64,000 nucleotides of DNA from Chiloscyllium plagiosum. Lineage: Eukaryota. Positions 37,180-50,360 of this stretch are shown here, in pieces. The stretch's first letter is position 1; each line of letters begins with the position of its first letter. Under the pieces are notes generated by a model that was given only the letters and a program-made list of their open reading frames with translations, was not told where the DNA came from and ran no database searches. The position numbers and the translations under genes were made by a program. The stretch is from contig NC_057752.1 of assembly GCF_004010195.1 (NCBI RefSeq), forward strand, positions 991,330-1,055,329, read 5' to 3'.

Positions 37180-38010
37180 ATCTGTCAGAGTCATACAGCA
37201 TGGAGCTAGAACCTTCAGTCCATGCCGAGCATAATCCCAAACTAAACTAGCTCCATCTGCCTGCTCCTGGCCCATATCCCTCCAAACCTTTCCTATTCAT
37301 GTAATTATCCAAGTATCTTTTAAACATTGTAACTGTGCCCACATCCACCACTTCCTCAGGAAGGTCATTCCACACTCGAACCACCCTCAGTGTAAAAAAA
37401 ATTGCCCCTTACGTCTTTTTTTTTTTAAAATTCTCTCTCCTCTCACCTTAAAAATGTGCCATCTTGAAATCCCATCCTTGGAAAAAAGACACCTACCATT
37501 AACACCATCTATACCCCTCATGATATTATAAACTTCATGATTTGATAAGGTCACATCTCAACCTTCTATACTCCAGTGAAAAAAGTCCAAGTCCATCTAG
37601 CCTTTCTTTATAACTCAAACTTTCCATACCCAGCAACATCCTAGTCATTCGCTTCTGAACCCTCCTTCAGCTTAATAATATCCTTCCTATAACTGGGCGA
37701 CCAGAACTGGACACAATACTCTAGAAGAAGCCTCACTAATGTCCTGTACAACCTCAACATGACTTCCCAACTCCTTTACTCAAGGGACTGAGCCCTGTCT
37801 ATGTGACACGATCTTCAAAGAATTGTATACGTTGAACCCCGAGGTCCTTCTGTTCTGCAACACTACCCAAGGCAGTACCATTAACTGTATAAGTCCTACC
37901 ACTGTTTGTTGTATCAAAATGCAATATCTCGCATTTATCCAGATTGAACTCCATCTGCCATTTTTCAGCCCATTGACCTATTTGATCAAGGTCCCTTTGT
38001 AATCTTAGAA
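37180..38010 (-). mobile_element. CR1 LINE 3' fragment
   Basis: Reverse complement similar to 61985-62910. Confidence 0.8.
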
Positions 38011-38617
38011 AATCCCGTCCTCACTGTTCTTTCCCCCTTCAGGTACTTATTCAATTCTCCTTTGAAAATTGGTCACCTAATCTGCTTCTGGCAGTGTGGT
38101 CCAGATTGCAACAAGCTTGCTGTGCAAAAGAAAAGGTTTTCACACTGGTTCTTTTACCAGTGTCCCTCTGCTTCCTGACCCTTCTGCAACTGGAAACAGT
38201 TTCATCTTATGTTCTCCATCGAGACTATTCATGATTTTGAACACTTGCATCAAATCTCCTCTTAACCTTTTCTGTTCTAAGGAGAACAACCCCAGTTTCA
38301 CCAGTCCTTCCACAAAACCGTGGCCCTCCAGCCCTATCCTAAAAAGGCAACAGCTCTCACTTGAATAGCTGACTACATCACAGGAAATGATGTCAGATCA
38401 TGTGACATTGTATCAAATGACTAACTCCATGATTGTCATGCAGTCTTTCCCTGGTAGTTCTGGTCAGCATGGCCTGCTCCACGCCCATTTCTCAGCACAT
38501 ATGCAATAGGACCATTCAAATGTCATCTTCTAAGCTCTGAGGTGGGAATGGCCACATACACAGCAGCTTTCCTTAAGCATGTAACAGTACAGGAACAGCC
38601 CTAATGCCATCACTAAC

Positions 38618-38747
38618 CTGCTGCAGCTTTCTCGATGAAGTGGAGCTCGGTCCAAAATGTGCCGATGCTGGGGTACTTCTGTTTGATGACAATCGCAATA
38701 TAATGCAACAAGGTCAGCTTCCGGTCAGTGGATTTGGTATCCAAGAG
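38618..38747 (-). CDS. FMNL3: FMNL3 FH2 exon
   Basis: ttgcccAG acceptor, GTTAGT donor; 130 nt. [43 protein letters not shown]. Confidence 0.96.
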
Positions 38748-39969
38748 CTGGGCAAACAGGAAACATGTCACATCACTGAGACTCAGTCTGGCTGTTACGT
38801 CACAGCTCCAGGCATCGTTCATAAGTATTGTCACCTCTTGACTTGTTATCAAATTCCTTACATTGTGTTGAATTGAGAAGAGGCCAAACAGCAACTACCA
38901 GGTTACAATATTGCCCTTGTCACCCCTACCTCGCCCCCACAACCCAAACCAGTTCCTGTGCCACATTTGCTCTGCTCTTCGATGGGTTCTGCATTGATAG
39001 GTCTTATCCTCTCAAGTAGCCACTCTTTCTGTGTGAGCTTAAATCATTTCCTCCACTGGGAGCAGTGAGATAAGTGGGGTTAGGTGAGAGGTTGAGAGGC
39101 TAGGTGGGCTACACACTAACAAGGAACTAGAATCGGCCACTCAGCTCTCCAAACCTGTTCCGCCATTCAATAAGATCATGGCTGATCTGATTTTAACTTC
39201 AACTTTCATTCTTGCATTCCCTGATAATCTTTCACCCCTTGGTCATCAAGGATGCAGGGGCAGGGGTGGGGTTTCTGTTAGCGCAGTTAGTTGGACGGCT
39301 GGTTTGCGATGCAGAGTGATGCCAATGGAGTGGGTTCAATTCCTGCACCAGCTGAGGCTACCATGAAGGACTCTCCTTCTCAACCTCTCCCCTTGCCTGA
39401 GGCATGGTGACCCTCCGGTTAAATAACCACCAATCATCTCTCTAATAAAAGAGCAGCGCTATAGTGTAGGAGGACTATGGTGACTTTACCTTTACCTTTT
39501 TAATGAAGAATCTATCTCTCTCTGCCTTAAACAATTCTACATCCACTGCCGTTTGAGGAAGGGAATTCCAAAGACTCATAACCCTCAGAATAAAGAAAGG
39601 TTTCGGCATCTCTGTCTTAAATGGATGAACCCTGATTTTTAAATTATGGCCCCAACAGGAAAGCGGAGGACGTGATTGTATTAAATGGTGGAGGGACTGA
39701 ATTGCCTACTCCTGTTCCTAGTTCATATGTTCTAGATTTTCCCACAAGAGAAAACATCCTTTCCACATCCACCCGGTCAAGTCTCCTCTGGATTTTATAT
39801 GTTTCAATTAAGTCAGCTCTGACTGTTCTAAACTCCAGAGGATACAGGCCTACTATGTCCTGTCATACTAGCCTGTCAGTCTTTCCTCATAAGGTAATCC
39901 ACTGGTTCCAGGTATTAGTCGAGCAAACCTTCTCTGAACTGCTTCTGACACTTTACATAACATCCCTCC

Positions 39970-41087
39970 TTTCTCTGGATTAGTGGTACTGGAAAAGCAC
40001 AGTTCAGGCAGCATCCAAGGAGCAGGAAAATCGACGTTTTGGGAAAAAGCCCTTAATCAGGAATACAGACAGAGTGCCTGAAGGGTGGAGAGATAAATGA
40101 GAGGAGGGTGGGGAGAAAGTAGCATAGAGTGCAATAGGTGAGTGGGGGAGGGGATGAAGGTGATAGGTCAGGGAGGAGGGTGGAGTGGATAGGTGGAAAA
40201 GAAGATGGGCAAGTAGGACAAGTCATGGGAACAGTGCTGAGCTGGAAGTTTAGAACTGGGGTGAGGTGAGGGAAGGGGAAAATGAGGAAATTGTTGAAGT
40301 CCACATTGATGCCTGGGGTTGAAGTGTTCTGAGGTGGAAGATGAGGCGTTCTTCCTCCAGGCGTCGGGTGGTGAGGGAGCGGCGGTGAAGGAGGCCCAGG
40401 ACCTCCATGTCCTCGGAGAGTGGGAGGGGGGAGTTGAAATGTTGGGCCACAGGGCGGTGTGGTTGATTGGTGCGGGTGTCCCAGAGATGTTCCCTAAAGT
40501 GCTCTGCTGGGAGGCGTCCAGTCTCCCCAATGTAGAGGAGACCGCATCGGGAGTGACAGATACAATAAATGATATTGGTGGATGTGCAGGTAAAACTTTG
40601 ATGGATATGGAAGGCTCCTTTAGGGCCTTGGATGGATGTGAGAGCGCAGGTTTTGCAATTCCTGCGGTGGCAGGGGAAGGTGCCAGGACGGGAGGGTAGG
40701 GGGGCGTGGACCTGACCAGGTAGTCACAGAGGGAACGGTCTTTGCGGAAGATGGAAAGGGGTGGGGAGGGAAATATATCCCTGGTGGTGGGGTCCGTTTG
40801 GAGGTGGCGGAAATGTTGGCGGATGATTTGGTTTATGCAAAGGTTGGTTGGGTGGAAGGTGAGCACTCTGAGCGTTCTGTCCTTGTTACGGTTGGAGGGG
40901 TGGGGTCTGAGGGCGGAGGTGTGGAATGTGGACGAGATGCGTTGGAGGGCATCTTTAACCACGTGGGAAGGGAAATTGCGGTCTCTAAAGAAGGAGGCCA
41001 TCTGGTGTATTCTGTGGTGGAACTGGTCCTCCTGGGAGCAGATACAGCGGAGGCGGAGGAATTGGGAATACGGGATGGCATTTTTGC
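39970..41087 (-). mobile_element. Penelope-like element (RT C-terminal part, GIY-YIG remnant, pLTR end) with 14-bp TSD
   Basis: ORF 40168-41196 has NAIPYSQFLRLRCICSQEDQFH and RRLEEERLIFHLRTLQP in an adjacent frame. TSD cataacatccctcc at 39956-39969 and 41088-41101 within a host CR1 fragment. Confidence 0.9.
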
Positions 41088-41503
41088 CATAACATCCCTC
41101 CATCAATACGGTGACCAGTGCTATACACAGTACTCCAGGTGCAGTCTCACTAATGCCCTGGATAACTTGCATTCCATTCCCCTCACAATGCAACATAACA
41201 TTCTATTAGCTTTATTAATTACTTGCTGTATCTGCATACTAACCTTCTGTGATTCATGCACTGGAACACCCAGATCTCTCTGCACCTCAGAGCTCTGCAA
41301 AGTCTCACCATTTAGACAAATGCTCCTTTATTATTACTTCTGTGAAAATGGACAGTTTCATACTTTCCCACATTGTACCCCAATTGCCAGGTCTTTGCCC
41401 ACTCATCTAACCCATCTATATCTCTTTATGTCCTCTTCACAACTCACTTTCCTCCCTATTTTTGTGTCATCATAAAGGGTTGTCAGAAGGATATGAAGGC
41501 TTA

Positions 41504-41561
41504 GAGTGTGAGAGAGAGTGTGTGAGAGAGAGTGAGAGTGAGAGAGAGAGAGAGAGAGTGA
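41504..41561. repeat. (GA/GT)n microsatellite
   Basis: Directly visible. Confidence 0.9.
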
Positions 41562-44134
41562 GAACTAAAGGTTTACAAGAATAGTTCCAGGAATGAGGAG
41601 CTTCAGCACTGAGGATAGATTGGAAATACTGGGTTGGTCACCTTAGGAAAAACAAGGTTGATAGATTTCACAGACATTCAAAATTGAAGAAGGTCTTGAT
41701 AAGAGTTGATGGGAAGAAACTGTGCCTATTAAATGCAAAGGTTGGGAACAAGAAGGCACCAGTTTAAGATGATCAGCAAGATCCAAAAGATACAGAAGGA
41801 AAAGCACAGTGATTAGTGAGGATCTGGAATGTACTGCCTGAGAGGTTGGGGGAGGTGAACTCAACTTGGTCTTTCAAGAGGATCATTATCTGAAAAGAAA
41901 GAATTTGGAGAAGGATAGGGGAGTGGGTCTAGCCAGATTTTTCTCTCAGAGCTGGCAGGGGCACAATGGACCAAATGGCCTCATTCAGTGCTGAAGCCAT
42001 TCTAAGATTCGACCTTCCTTGATCATTTAGTATCCTGTAGCAATTTGGTAAAATGGCTTTAAGTTGCACTTGCTCTGAGGCAAAGATAGGTATTCAGGAT
42101 CAATTAGAAACTGACTGTTGGTGTAGTCCCACTGCCCTCTTGTGAATCTGAAAAGGGACTTCCCTCTGTGAGGCACCTGACCAATCCCAGCAGCAGTGGG
42201 TTGCCAAGGTGGCTGCTTCAAACGACCAACAACATTGAAAGTTAAAATACGGTTCAAGCCTCCCAACATACCAGTTTCACTTTTAAAAACAAAAGAAAAA
42301 TCCTCTCCACAAACGTCAGAATAACGTGATGCGAATAATGTGCGCAGTTGGCATACATGACCTTTCAACCGAAATCAGGTTCAGCTAGTTCCAGACTCCT
42401 TTATTTATTTATTGTTCAACTCTCAAGCTTACAACGTTGGAATGTATATCAATACTTAAATCTATTCGGGTATCAGTGAGGACCTTGATTGCTTTAATAA
42501 CAAATTTCAGAAATCAGCACATCTGCTTCAAAATACATTCTTGAACACTAACTGCAAAAAAAAACAAACGCTCCAGCCATTTTCACAAAGAGCTGGAATC
42601 CTGTAGGCTGCGTGCTCAATTTTATAAAACAAAATCCCACAGGCCTGGCCTCCCTCCCTTCGAAGACTGGGAGGTCTAAGTTGTGAGTGTACAGTAGGCT
42701 TTTTGGCTTCGAGAGAGTTTCAGAAAGGATTAACCATGCAGCTCAACTCGCCTTAGAGAAAATGTGTCTGGGTTCCAGTGGCTGCCAATAAGTGATGACA
42801 ACTCGCCAACTGGCAAACTTGAAATTATTTAATATAAAAAGGCCGTGGTTCTAATCTTGAGAGAAATAAATCATTTTGAGAACATTTTACACAGAAACAG
42901 ATTTCAGTTTTAAAAATGCCTTTACGGATAGAATATAAAACTGGGGCGCTGGAAATCTGAAATCAAGAAAATTAATGCAGCAAACTACATTTCTTTATAA
43001 CAGAACTAAATGTCTCAACTTCCTTGGGAGATTGATGAAGGAACAGAAGGAGGCCATTCAGCTCCTTGGACCTGTTCCAGTTTGCAATTAGATCATGGCT
43101 AGTCTGTACCTCTACTGTTTTCCCTGTACTGCTCCACATTTCTCGATATGCGGAGTCAACAAAATCTATCCATCTCAGTCTTGAAAACTTCAATTGTGTT
43201 CCAGCATCCGGTGCCTCATGGGAAGAGGGAGGTCCAGCTTCCACTGCGTGAAGAAGTGCTTCCTGATTTCACCTAGTTTTAAAATTATGCTCCCTCAGAA
43301 TTAGTAGCTACCTTCTCAAATCCCTGTCACATTTTACACGCCTCAATCAGATTAGCCTCCTCCAGCTTCTAGCTAGGAAAATGGGGGAAAAGTTACAGAC
43401 GGGAGGGGAGAGATAGAGTGACAAATGCAGTTAAGGGTTTGGGGAGGGGTGGTGAGGGGTCTTTGGCAAACCAATCAGCTTCAGGAAAACCGATAAACAG
43501 AGTCTAAAAGTTACATCTCAGGTAGTGAGCTTGGACTGAACTTCTGTCCCTGAAACAATAATTTGCCTATCCCTTCTTTCTGGTCCGCTATGCACTTCCT
43601 TCATTTCCTGTCTTTTTTTTTCTCTCTTCCTAAAGCCTCTTTAAATGCGTGGATCGCAGGCTGGACTGTTGACAGCGTCTGGATGCTTTTTTTAACATTC
43701 AAACCCATGAAATAAACAGTTGGCCAGCACATCCTGTTTCGGTCAGTAAATGCAAGTGAATGGAATGTAATTTTGATAAACTGAACTTCTATATTTAGCC
43801 AAAGTTATGTTTTTGTCCAGAAGCAACTAATCCTGGGATAACAGTGGGGCGGGGGTGAGGATTGGGGAGAGTTGCTAGGAGAAAAAGAATAAATTAACCA
43901 GTTACAAGACTTCTTTCGTGCTTCAGGAGTTAGTGATCAAGTCCAGTCGAAACTGGCTAGGTGAAAATCATTTTCTCTCTCTCTCGCTCTCTGTATTTGT
44001 AGTCTCCTTACCATAAAGGTGCAAAACAAGATGGCTTTGAGTACTCTGAATGTCGGTCCACCATAAAGCAACTCAGAAATGGTGAACATATGCAAGAGAG
44101 GGGTTGCTGATATAGAAATGACATGAGCCATAGT

Positions 44135-44307
44135 TAGCGAGTTTTGAGAAGATTTGTAGCTCAAGTTGAGGTTCTGGATGTAAGTTTGCTCGCTGAGCTG
44201 GAAGGTTCATTTTCAGATGTTTCATCACCATACAAGTTATCATCAGTGAGCCTCCAGTAAAGCACCGGTGTTAGTGACCCTTCCAGCTCAGCAAGCAAAC
44301 TTACATT
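44135..44307 (-). mobile_element. Short Penelope end with partial inverted duplication and 13-bp TSD
   Basis: Inverted ttccagctcagc segments; TSD catgag(c/a)ca(t/c)agt at 44122-44134 and 44308-44320; minus-strand CTGATGA..GAAA core at about 44216-44246. Confidence 0.7.
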
Positions 44308-44499
44308 CATGAGACACAGTCTCTGCCACCAGGGCTAAAATGAGTTGTTGGGTTAATGGAGAGACTGGTGCACTCAAGCCACTGGCTGGATTGCAGGCTA
44401 GAAGTGAAAAGGTTTCTCCTTTACGGCCTCACTGCTGTCTTTTACAATGGAGAAGGACTTCTTGAAAACTTAGAATGTTGCACAATGTTGGACTCTGGG

Positions 44500-44835
44500 A
44501 AGATGGTGACCTAGTGGTAATACCACTGGACTAGCAATCCAGAGGCTTCGAGTAATACCCTAAAATGGGTTCAAATCCCTTCACTGCAGCTAGTGGAACA
44601 GCAATTAATAGTTAGTTATGGTGGCAATGACAACTTGCATTGATTATAAAAGCCTATCCGGTTCACGAAAGTGCCGGAAATCTGCCAACCTGACGGGGTC
44701 TGGCCCGCAAGTGACTCCAGACCCTCAGCAATGTGGCTGGCTCTTAACTGCCCTCTGAAATAGCCCAACAAGCAAGGGAATTGGAGATGGGCAGCAAATG
44801 CTGGATTTGCCAGCGATGCCCACATCCCAAAGAAT
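44500..44835 (+). mobile_element. SacSINE1-like DeuSINE
   Basis: tRNA-like head (tggtgacctagtgg..ggttcaaatcc), Deu-like core gtgactccagaccc..gcaatgtgg..actcttaactgccctctgaaat, LINE-like tail aaatgctgg..gccagcgatgcccacatccca. Confidence 0.7.
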
Positions 44836-45052
44836 ATTTGTTTAAAAAGTTATGCAAGATGAAATGCCAGTTTCAGCTGCCTGCACAATCCACTCAAAAT
44901 TAACAAGCTTCTTTTTGTGGGTGTGGGACACATTTTAAATCTCTGCTCACTTCATAGATATGACCAGACAATTAATTAAGTATACTTGATTGAAGCAAAT
45001 GCTTGTATTTAGAATGAGGCCTCAGCAGTAGATTACCCTGCAGAATACATAC

Positions 45053-45133
45053 CAGGTCCAAACTCTGAAGCTTGAAGCCATATACAGCTCCTCTTTTGCT
45101 GCTATTCATATAGTTACCAAGTGCCAGAATAAT
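45053..45133 (-). CDS. FMNL3: FMNL3 FH2 exon (GNYMN post motif)
   Basis: ctctgcAG acceptor, GTATGT donor; 81 nt. [27 protein letters not shown] contains the formin GNYMN signature. Confidence 0.97.
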
Positions 45134-45210
45134 CTGCAGAGAGAGAGGAAAAAGGCACATTGCTACATACATTTGAGAATCATCTTCACAGAAGACCACT
45201 GAAGTTTCCT

Positions 45211-45574
45211 AACCAACTTGTTCAGAGATGATATTACACAACACTGGTGGGACTTGAACCTAGGCCTCCTGGCTCAGAGATAGGGACATTGCCACTGTGC
45301 CACAAGAGCACACACCCCCCGCCATTGATATTTTTAAAAATCAACTTGCTCAGAATGTTATTACACAGCTCTCAAGCAGGTGAGACTTGAACCCAGACTT
45401 CCTGGGGGACATAACACACAAAAGCCGATAGCAGATGGAACACATCCTTAGTACTTCAACCTGGATTGGAGGTATTTTTAAACCAACCTGTTCTGATGCA
45501 TTGTGACTTAACTTTAAAATATGTGGAACTTGAAACTGGGCCTTCGAGCGCAGAGGTACATTATCACAAGAGCC
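45211..45574 (-). mobile_element. Tandem trimer of short tRNA-derived SINE
   Basis: Three diverged units starting at 45211, 45339 and 45481. Best unit has TGGCACAGTGG and GGTTCAAGTCC on the minus strand; a monomer lies at about 21495-21603 (+). Confidence 0.6.
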
Positions 45575-46621
45575 CACCACTGATCCACATAAGCTACAGC
45601 AACATTAAGGACAGCTGGGATCTCAGAGTGAGCTAGAAACATCTATGGATTGGCACAGATCCAATCTTTTATGGGACAGGCATGGCACCATCAAAGCTGC
45701 CGCACCTGACTGACATCCCATCCACCACCTTCAACATTCACTCCCTCCATTCACACACACACATTGTGCAAAGCAGCAACTCACCAAAGGCTACTTCGAT
45801 GGCACCTTTCCAACCCAGAAACTCTTCCCATCTAGAAGGACCAGGGCAGCAGAGACATGGGAACACCACCCCCTGCAAATTCCCCTCCAAGCCACTCACC
45901 ATCCTGACTTGGAAATATATCGCCGTTCCTTCACTGTTGCTGGGTCAAAATCTCTCTGAACAGCACTGACGGTATCTTTACACCCCAAAGACTGCAGCTA
46001 CTGAAGAAAGCAGCACGCCACCACCTTTTCAAGGGCAGTTACTGATGGGCATTAAATATTGGTCTCGACAGTGATGTTCAAATATAAAGATAAGGCCTGT
46101 AGCAGTCTTGGTACAAGCATTTGTGGCCCACTTTCCTTCAGCTGTGGCCCTTCAGAAGAAGCTGTTGCCAGGCCCTCCAGCTAACAAAGCTGGGGTTCAG
46201 AGCTGTCCTTTTCCTTTATTGCTTTCCACTGCTCCTTCGTAAAAACATGACAATTATTAGGAGGGCTTCCACTGATCAAGTGGTACTCATTTCCACAACT
46301 GCAGCTCCTTAGATGGTCTTTATTTGCATGCATAGGCAGGAATCTGTGCCCTTTTCCCTGTGGCGAGTTTGGTGATTGGGGTGCTCCTTGTTGTCCTGAC
46401 CAATATTGATGCAACATTACAGGCATAAACCTGATGGGCTGTATGGCCCATTTCAGTAATGGATTACATACTCAATAAAATAGATGACCTAGTAGTCACC
46501 ATTTCATTTTGTGGAATTTTGCTGTAGACAAATTTGCCATGGCATTTCCAACATTCTGCATTGTAACATTTCTGTGACTGTGTGACCCTACTGATTTTAC
46601 CTTGACTGAAAGCACACTCAC

Positions 46622-46690
46622 CTCCAGCATTCTCTTCAACTTCTGTGAGGTCTTAATGGATGCAGAGGCAGCTATTATTGCATTCAGTTG
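46622..46690 (-). CDS. FMNL3: FMNL3 FH2 exon
   Basis: tttcttccAG acceptor, GTGAGT donor; 69 nt. QLNAIIAASASIKTSQKLKRMLE. Confidence 0.95.
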
Positions 46691-47254
46691 CTGGAAGAAA
46701 ACATTTATAACATTAAGTATCTTTCAGACAACATATATTGAAACAGCCATGTTAATCTCTGGTACTAATTGTATAAAACTCATTGTGCAAAGATTTTGGA
46801 GCACAACATTTCACAGACTTCACCAGTAAATTCAAAAGGTACATTTTGCGAACAGTTGATGTCAAGTGGTGAGCCCAAGGTTATCGATAACAGCAATCTG
46901 CAACTAAAGAAAGGGATGAAGGGAGAGAAAGGAAACAGAGCATGTTGGAAGAAACGAGGATCGATTCTGAGACTGAAGAGTTTCAGGAAATCTCTCAGAG
47001 AAAGTGATACTTCAGCCTTTTACTTTGAGCTGAAAAATAGACCAGCCACCATCACAAACAGTGACTTGGTGATGCAGTATTCAAACGCTTAAATACGGAG
47101 TGAAATTGCCACAGCCTAATGTCATCACAGCTGAACTCAGACAAAGTGGATTGTGAGCAAACTGGTGATCTTCCTGGTCCATTGGAAGTCAGGACTACAA
47201 CAATACGTAGCTTGCTGGGTTTCTTCTAAAACATGCAGAATTTTGTCTGCGTGG

Positions 47255-48030
47255 GAGATGGTGAGACAGTGATCACATCACTGGACTAGAGACCCAGGCA
47301 AATTGCTCTGGCTTTGAGCTAGAGGGAGAGGCTGAATAGGCCAAGGCTGTTTTCCCTGGACCGTCAGCGGCTGAGGGGTGACCTTATAGAGATTTATCAA
47401 ATCATGAGGGGCATGGATAGGGTGAATAGCTATGGTCTTTTCCCTGGGTTGGGGGAGTCCAGAACTAGAGGGTATAGATGAGAGGGGGGAAAAGATTTAA
47501 AAGGGATCTAAGGGGCAACATTTTCATGCAGAGGGTGATGCGTGTATGGAATGAGCTGCCAGAAGTAGTGGTGGAGGCTGGTACAATTGCAACATTTAAA
47601 AGGCATCTGGATAAGTATATGAATAGGAAGGGTTTAGAGGGATATAGACCAAATGCCGGCAAATGGGACTAGATTAATTTAGGATATCTGGTCAGCATGC
47701 ATGAATTGGACCGAAGGGTCTGTTTCCATACTGTATCTCTATGACTCTAATACCATCAGGAATATAAAGCTAGTCATAGTGACAGTGACCATGACAACTA
47801 TCATTGATTGTTTTACAAACCCATCTGGCTCACTAACGTCCTTTAGAGAAGGGAAATCTGTCACCCTTACCTGGTCTGGTCTACATGTGACTCCAGACCC
47901 ACAGCAATGTAGTTGACTCTTAATCACCCTCTGAAATAGTCGAGCAAGCCACTCAGCCCAAGGGCAATTAGGGATGGACAACAAATGCTGGACCTGCCAG
48001 CCATGTCCACATCCCATGAAAGGAGGAAAT
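47255..48030 (+). mobile_element. SacSINE1-like DeuSINE interrupted by CR1 3' end (about 47312-47750)
   Basis: SINE head 47255-47310, CR1 end (ORF 47478-47672 FKRDLRGNIFMQRV), SINE core and tail 47750-48030. Confidence 0.75.
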
Positions 48031-48119
48031 AATGTTGCCCTAATGCTTGGGATTTTTTTCTGGATAGTATTCTAAACCCATCTCCATTGCTGCTGGTTTA
48101 CAGATGATGGGAGACCTAC

Positions 48120-48354
48120 CGGATTCAACATCTGAATATTCTCGGAGAAGTTCCCAACAAACGTCATAATAGTCATGCGCTGAGACAGTCGCTCGATTTT
48201 GCTGAACTGCAGCATGAAGCGGTCCTCATTGGACAGTTCATCAAGTGGTTTCCGTTCTCTCTCATACTGCCTCAAAAGCTTCACCTCGTTCTCTAAAGGC
48301 AGGAAGCGATTCAGACACTCCACAAAGTCTAGAGGCAGAGTCTTCAAATCGTAC
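48120..48354 (-). CDS. FMNL3: FMNL3 FH2 exon
   Basis: cttgtAG acceptor, GTAGGT donor; 235 nt. [19 protein letters not shown]...[14 protein letters not shown]...IQMLNP; phase matches neighbours. Confidence 0.96.
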
Positions 48355-49659
48355 CTACAAGAGGGCAAAGGCAATGCTTTAGTCTGCTAAACCAAACGCA
48401 AATCACAAGACAGTCATCAGAGACTTCACAACTGAAAATTACTCAGAGGGAGAGGATGGAGGGGCGGAAGGGCTTTTACTTTCCTGGAAGATCTCAAGCA
48501 AGTCATTTCACCCAAATGCCCCAACGCCTCATTTGTTGCCTGGCTTTATCGCGCATGCAAAACATTTCCTGCCTCCAAATGGCCGCTTGCTGATATAGCG
48601 CAGAATTCACGCCTTGGCATTTGTTGAGCTTGCGAATGGGTAAAATTGGCATTTAAAGTCGAGCTCGTACAATTATTTCATTTGTTTTTTTTGCAGCATT
48701 CTTGCAATATTTCTTTGCTGGCTTCCCTAGAGCATGGGAAGTTACCGACTGTACCTAGGCAGCAGTTTCGGCTCTCTGATGTGTGGCAGTGCACATATCA
48801 GTGAAGGCTTGAGCAAGTTCAGCTGGTCTGCACCCATTTGGTCAGAATCATGCCTGCTTCCTGTGGGTGCACCAATGGCTTAACTTTAAAAGTGAACCCA
48901 CAGTGTCACCACAGTTTGAAGGGAACACAAGATTAACTGCTCAAAAGGCTTAGGGTACCCATTCCTGCCCATTGTTTCTCTCTTGCCAGACTGCAGCTGA
49001 AAGCTGGTAGAACAAAGCTCACCAACACAGAGGATGACCCTATGCCCAGTTATCAGTGAACTGATGTCCATCCATCAAGCATACTGTCAGACGATGCAAT
49101 TGATATATTTGGGAAGTGTTAAACAAAGATCCAAAAAGGCCTGGTTCAATGCATCACCTTGTGGAGTTTTTTTTGGAGGAGTGTGTGTCATTCATAGCAG
49201 TTGCTCTCTGGCAGCCTGTCTCTCTTCCAAGACCGTATGCTTACCAGGGTGATCCTAAATCAAAATCAATGGGTGCCAACTAGCCCAGTACAAGGCTATT
49301 GTAATTGTCGACACTATTGGTCAAAGCACTCATCATTTTGTGATACTGTGGGTAATCCAATAGTGCTCCCCAAGTTCAATGCAACAAGACAATCAGCTAA
49401 CATACATTTGGGATCAAAGCTTTGCAGTGAGTGAAGGAGACAACCGCACATTCTAATGACAAAGATGTCTTCAAAATGATTGCATAAAGCATGCAATAAA
49501 ATGTTGCTCTTCAAAGAGGATGCTTGGTGGATGGAACAGCAGAATCCACACGCCACACCCAAAGGTTCAGAGTGAGGAAAAGTAACAAACTGCGCCAGTG
49601 AAAGCAAGAAGCCAGCTGCAGCAGGCACCATGTCTTACCAATCACACCTTCAATAAATA

Positions 49660-50360
49660 ATTGAATTAGAAATTTATTGTCACATGTACTTTTACATGTA
49701 AAATACAGTGAAAGGTTTTAAGTCGCCCCACCACGGCGCCAAAATCAACGACAGAAGTCATACATAATAATAAACCAAAAGTAAAATTAAGACGAAAGTC
49801 CATCACAGTTCAGTTAACGGCTCGGGGAAAGCCAATTAAGGAACGATGGAATACCATGAAGACACAGGTGGAACAAGACCGCCTGCCAGGCTGCTAGAAT
49901 ACTGAACTGGAAGCTTCCGCTGAAGAAGACCGCCATGCTGGATGAGACTACTTGCTGGAAGCTGAAGACGACCTCCACAGGAGGATGTGAACTCCACGCC
50001 AGGACCAGACTGCCAGGCCAGAACAAGACCGTCAACATCAGGAGACCACCACACTGGGCTGAGACCGCCACTTCTCTCTCAGGTACCCAGCCATAACCGC
50101 AGAACTGGAGCCTTGGCCCAGCCTGCGAGTCTGGGCCAGGGGAAGTCAAGCGAGGACCTGTCCCTCACCACCGGGAGACTCTGGGTCGGAATGAAGCAGT
50201 GTCTGACTCGTCCAGGTTTTGCTGCCGCTGTTGCTAGAGGCCTCCTCCTTCACCCACCACTCTCCAGGCTTTAAAAGAAAAGCAAAAAAGAGGGAAACAA
50301 AAAAAAAGAGAAAGAAAGCAGTTGAGTTCTGAGCTCAGCCCCCTGCTCTGCCGTCATTAA
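49660..50360 (-). mobile_element. Probable non-autonomous element with LINE-like (L2/Rex-type) tail
   Basis: CpG-richer block ending on the minus strand in actgtatttt..gtacatgtgacaataaa; no coding motifs. Family assignment is tentative. Confidence 0.35.

Noticed and set aside
40319..41475. Long plus-strand ORFs (126-225 aa)
   Set aside because: Antisense shadows of the Penelope ORF and an adjacent CR1 fragment.
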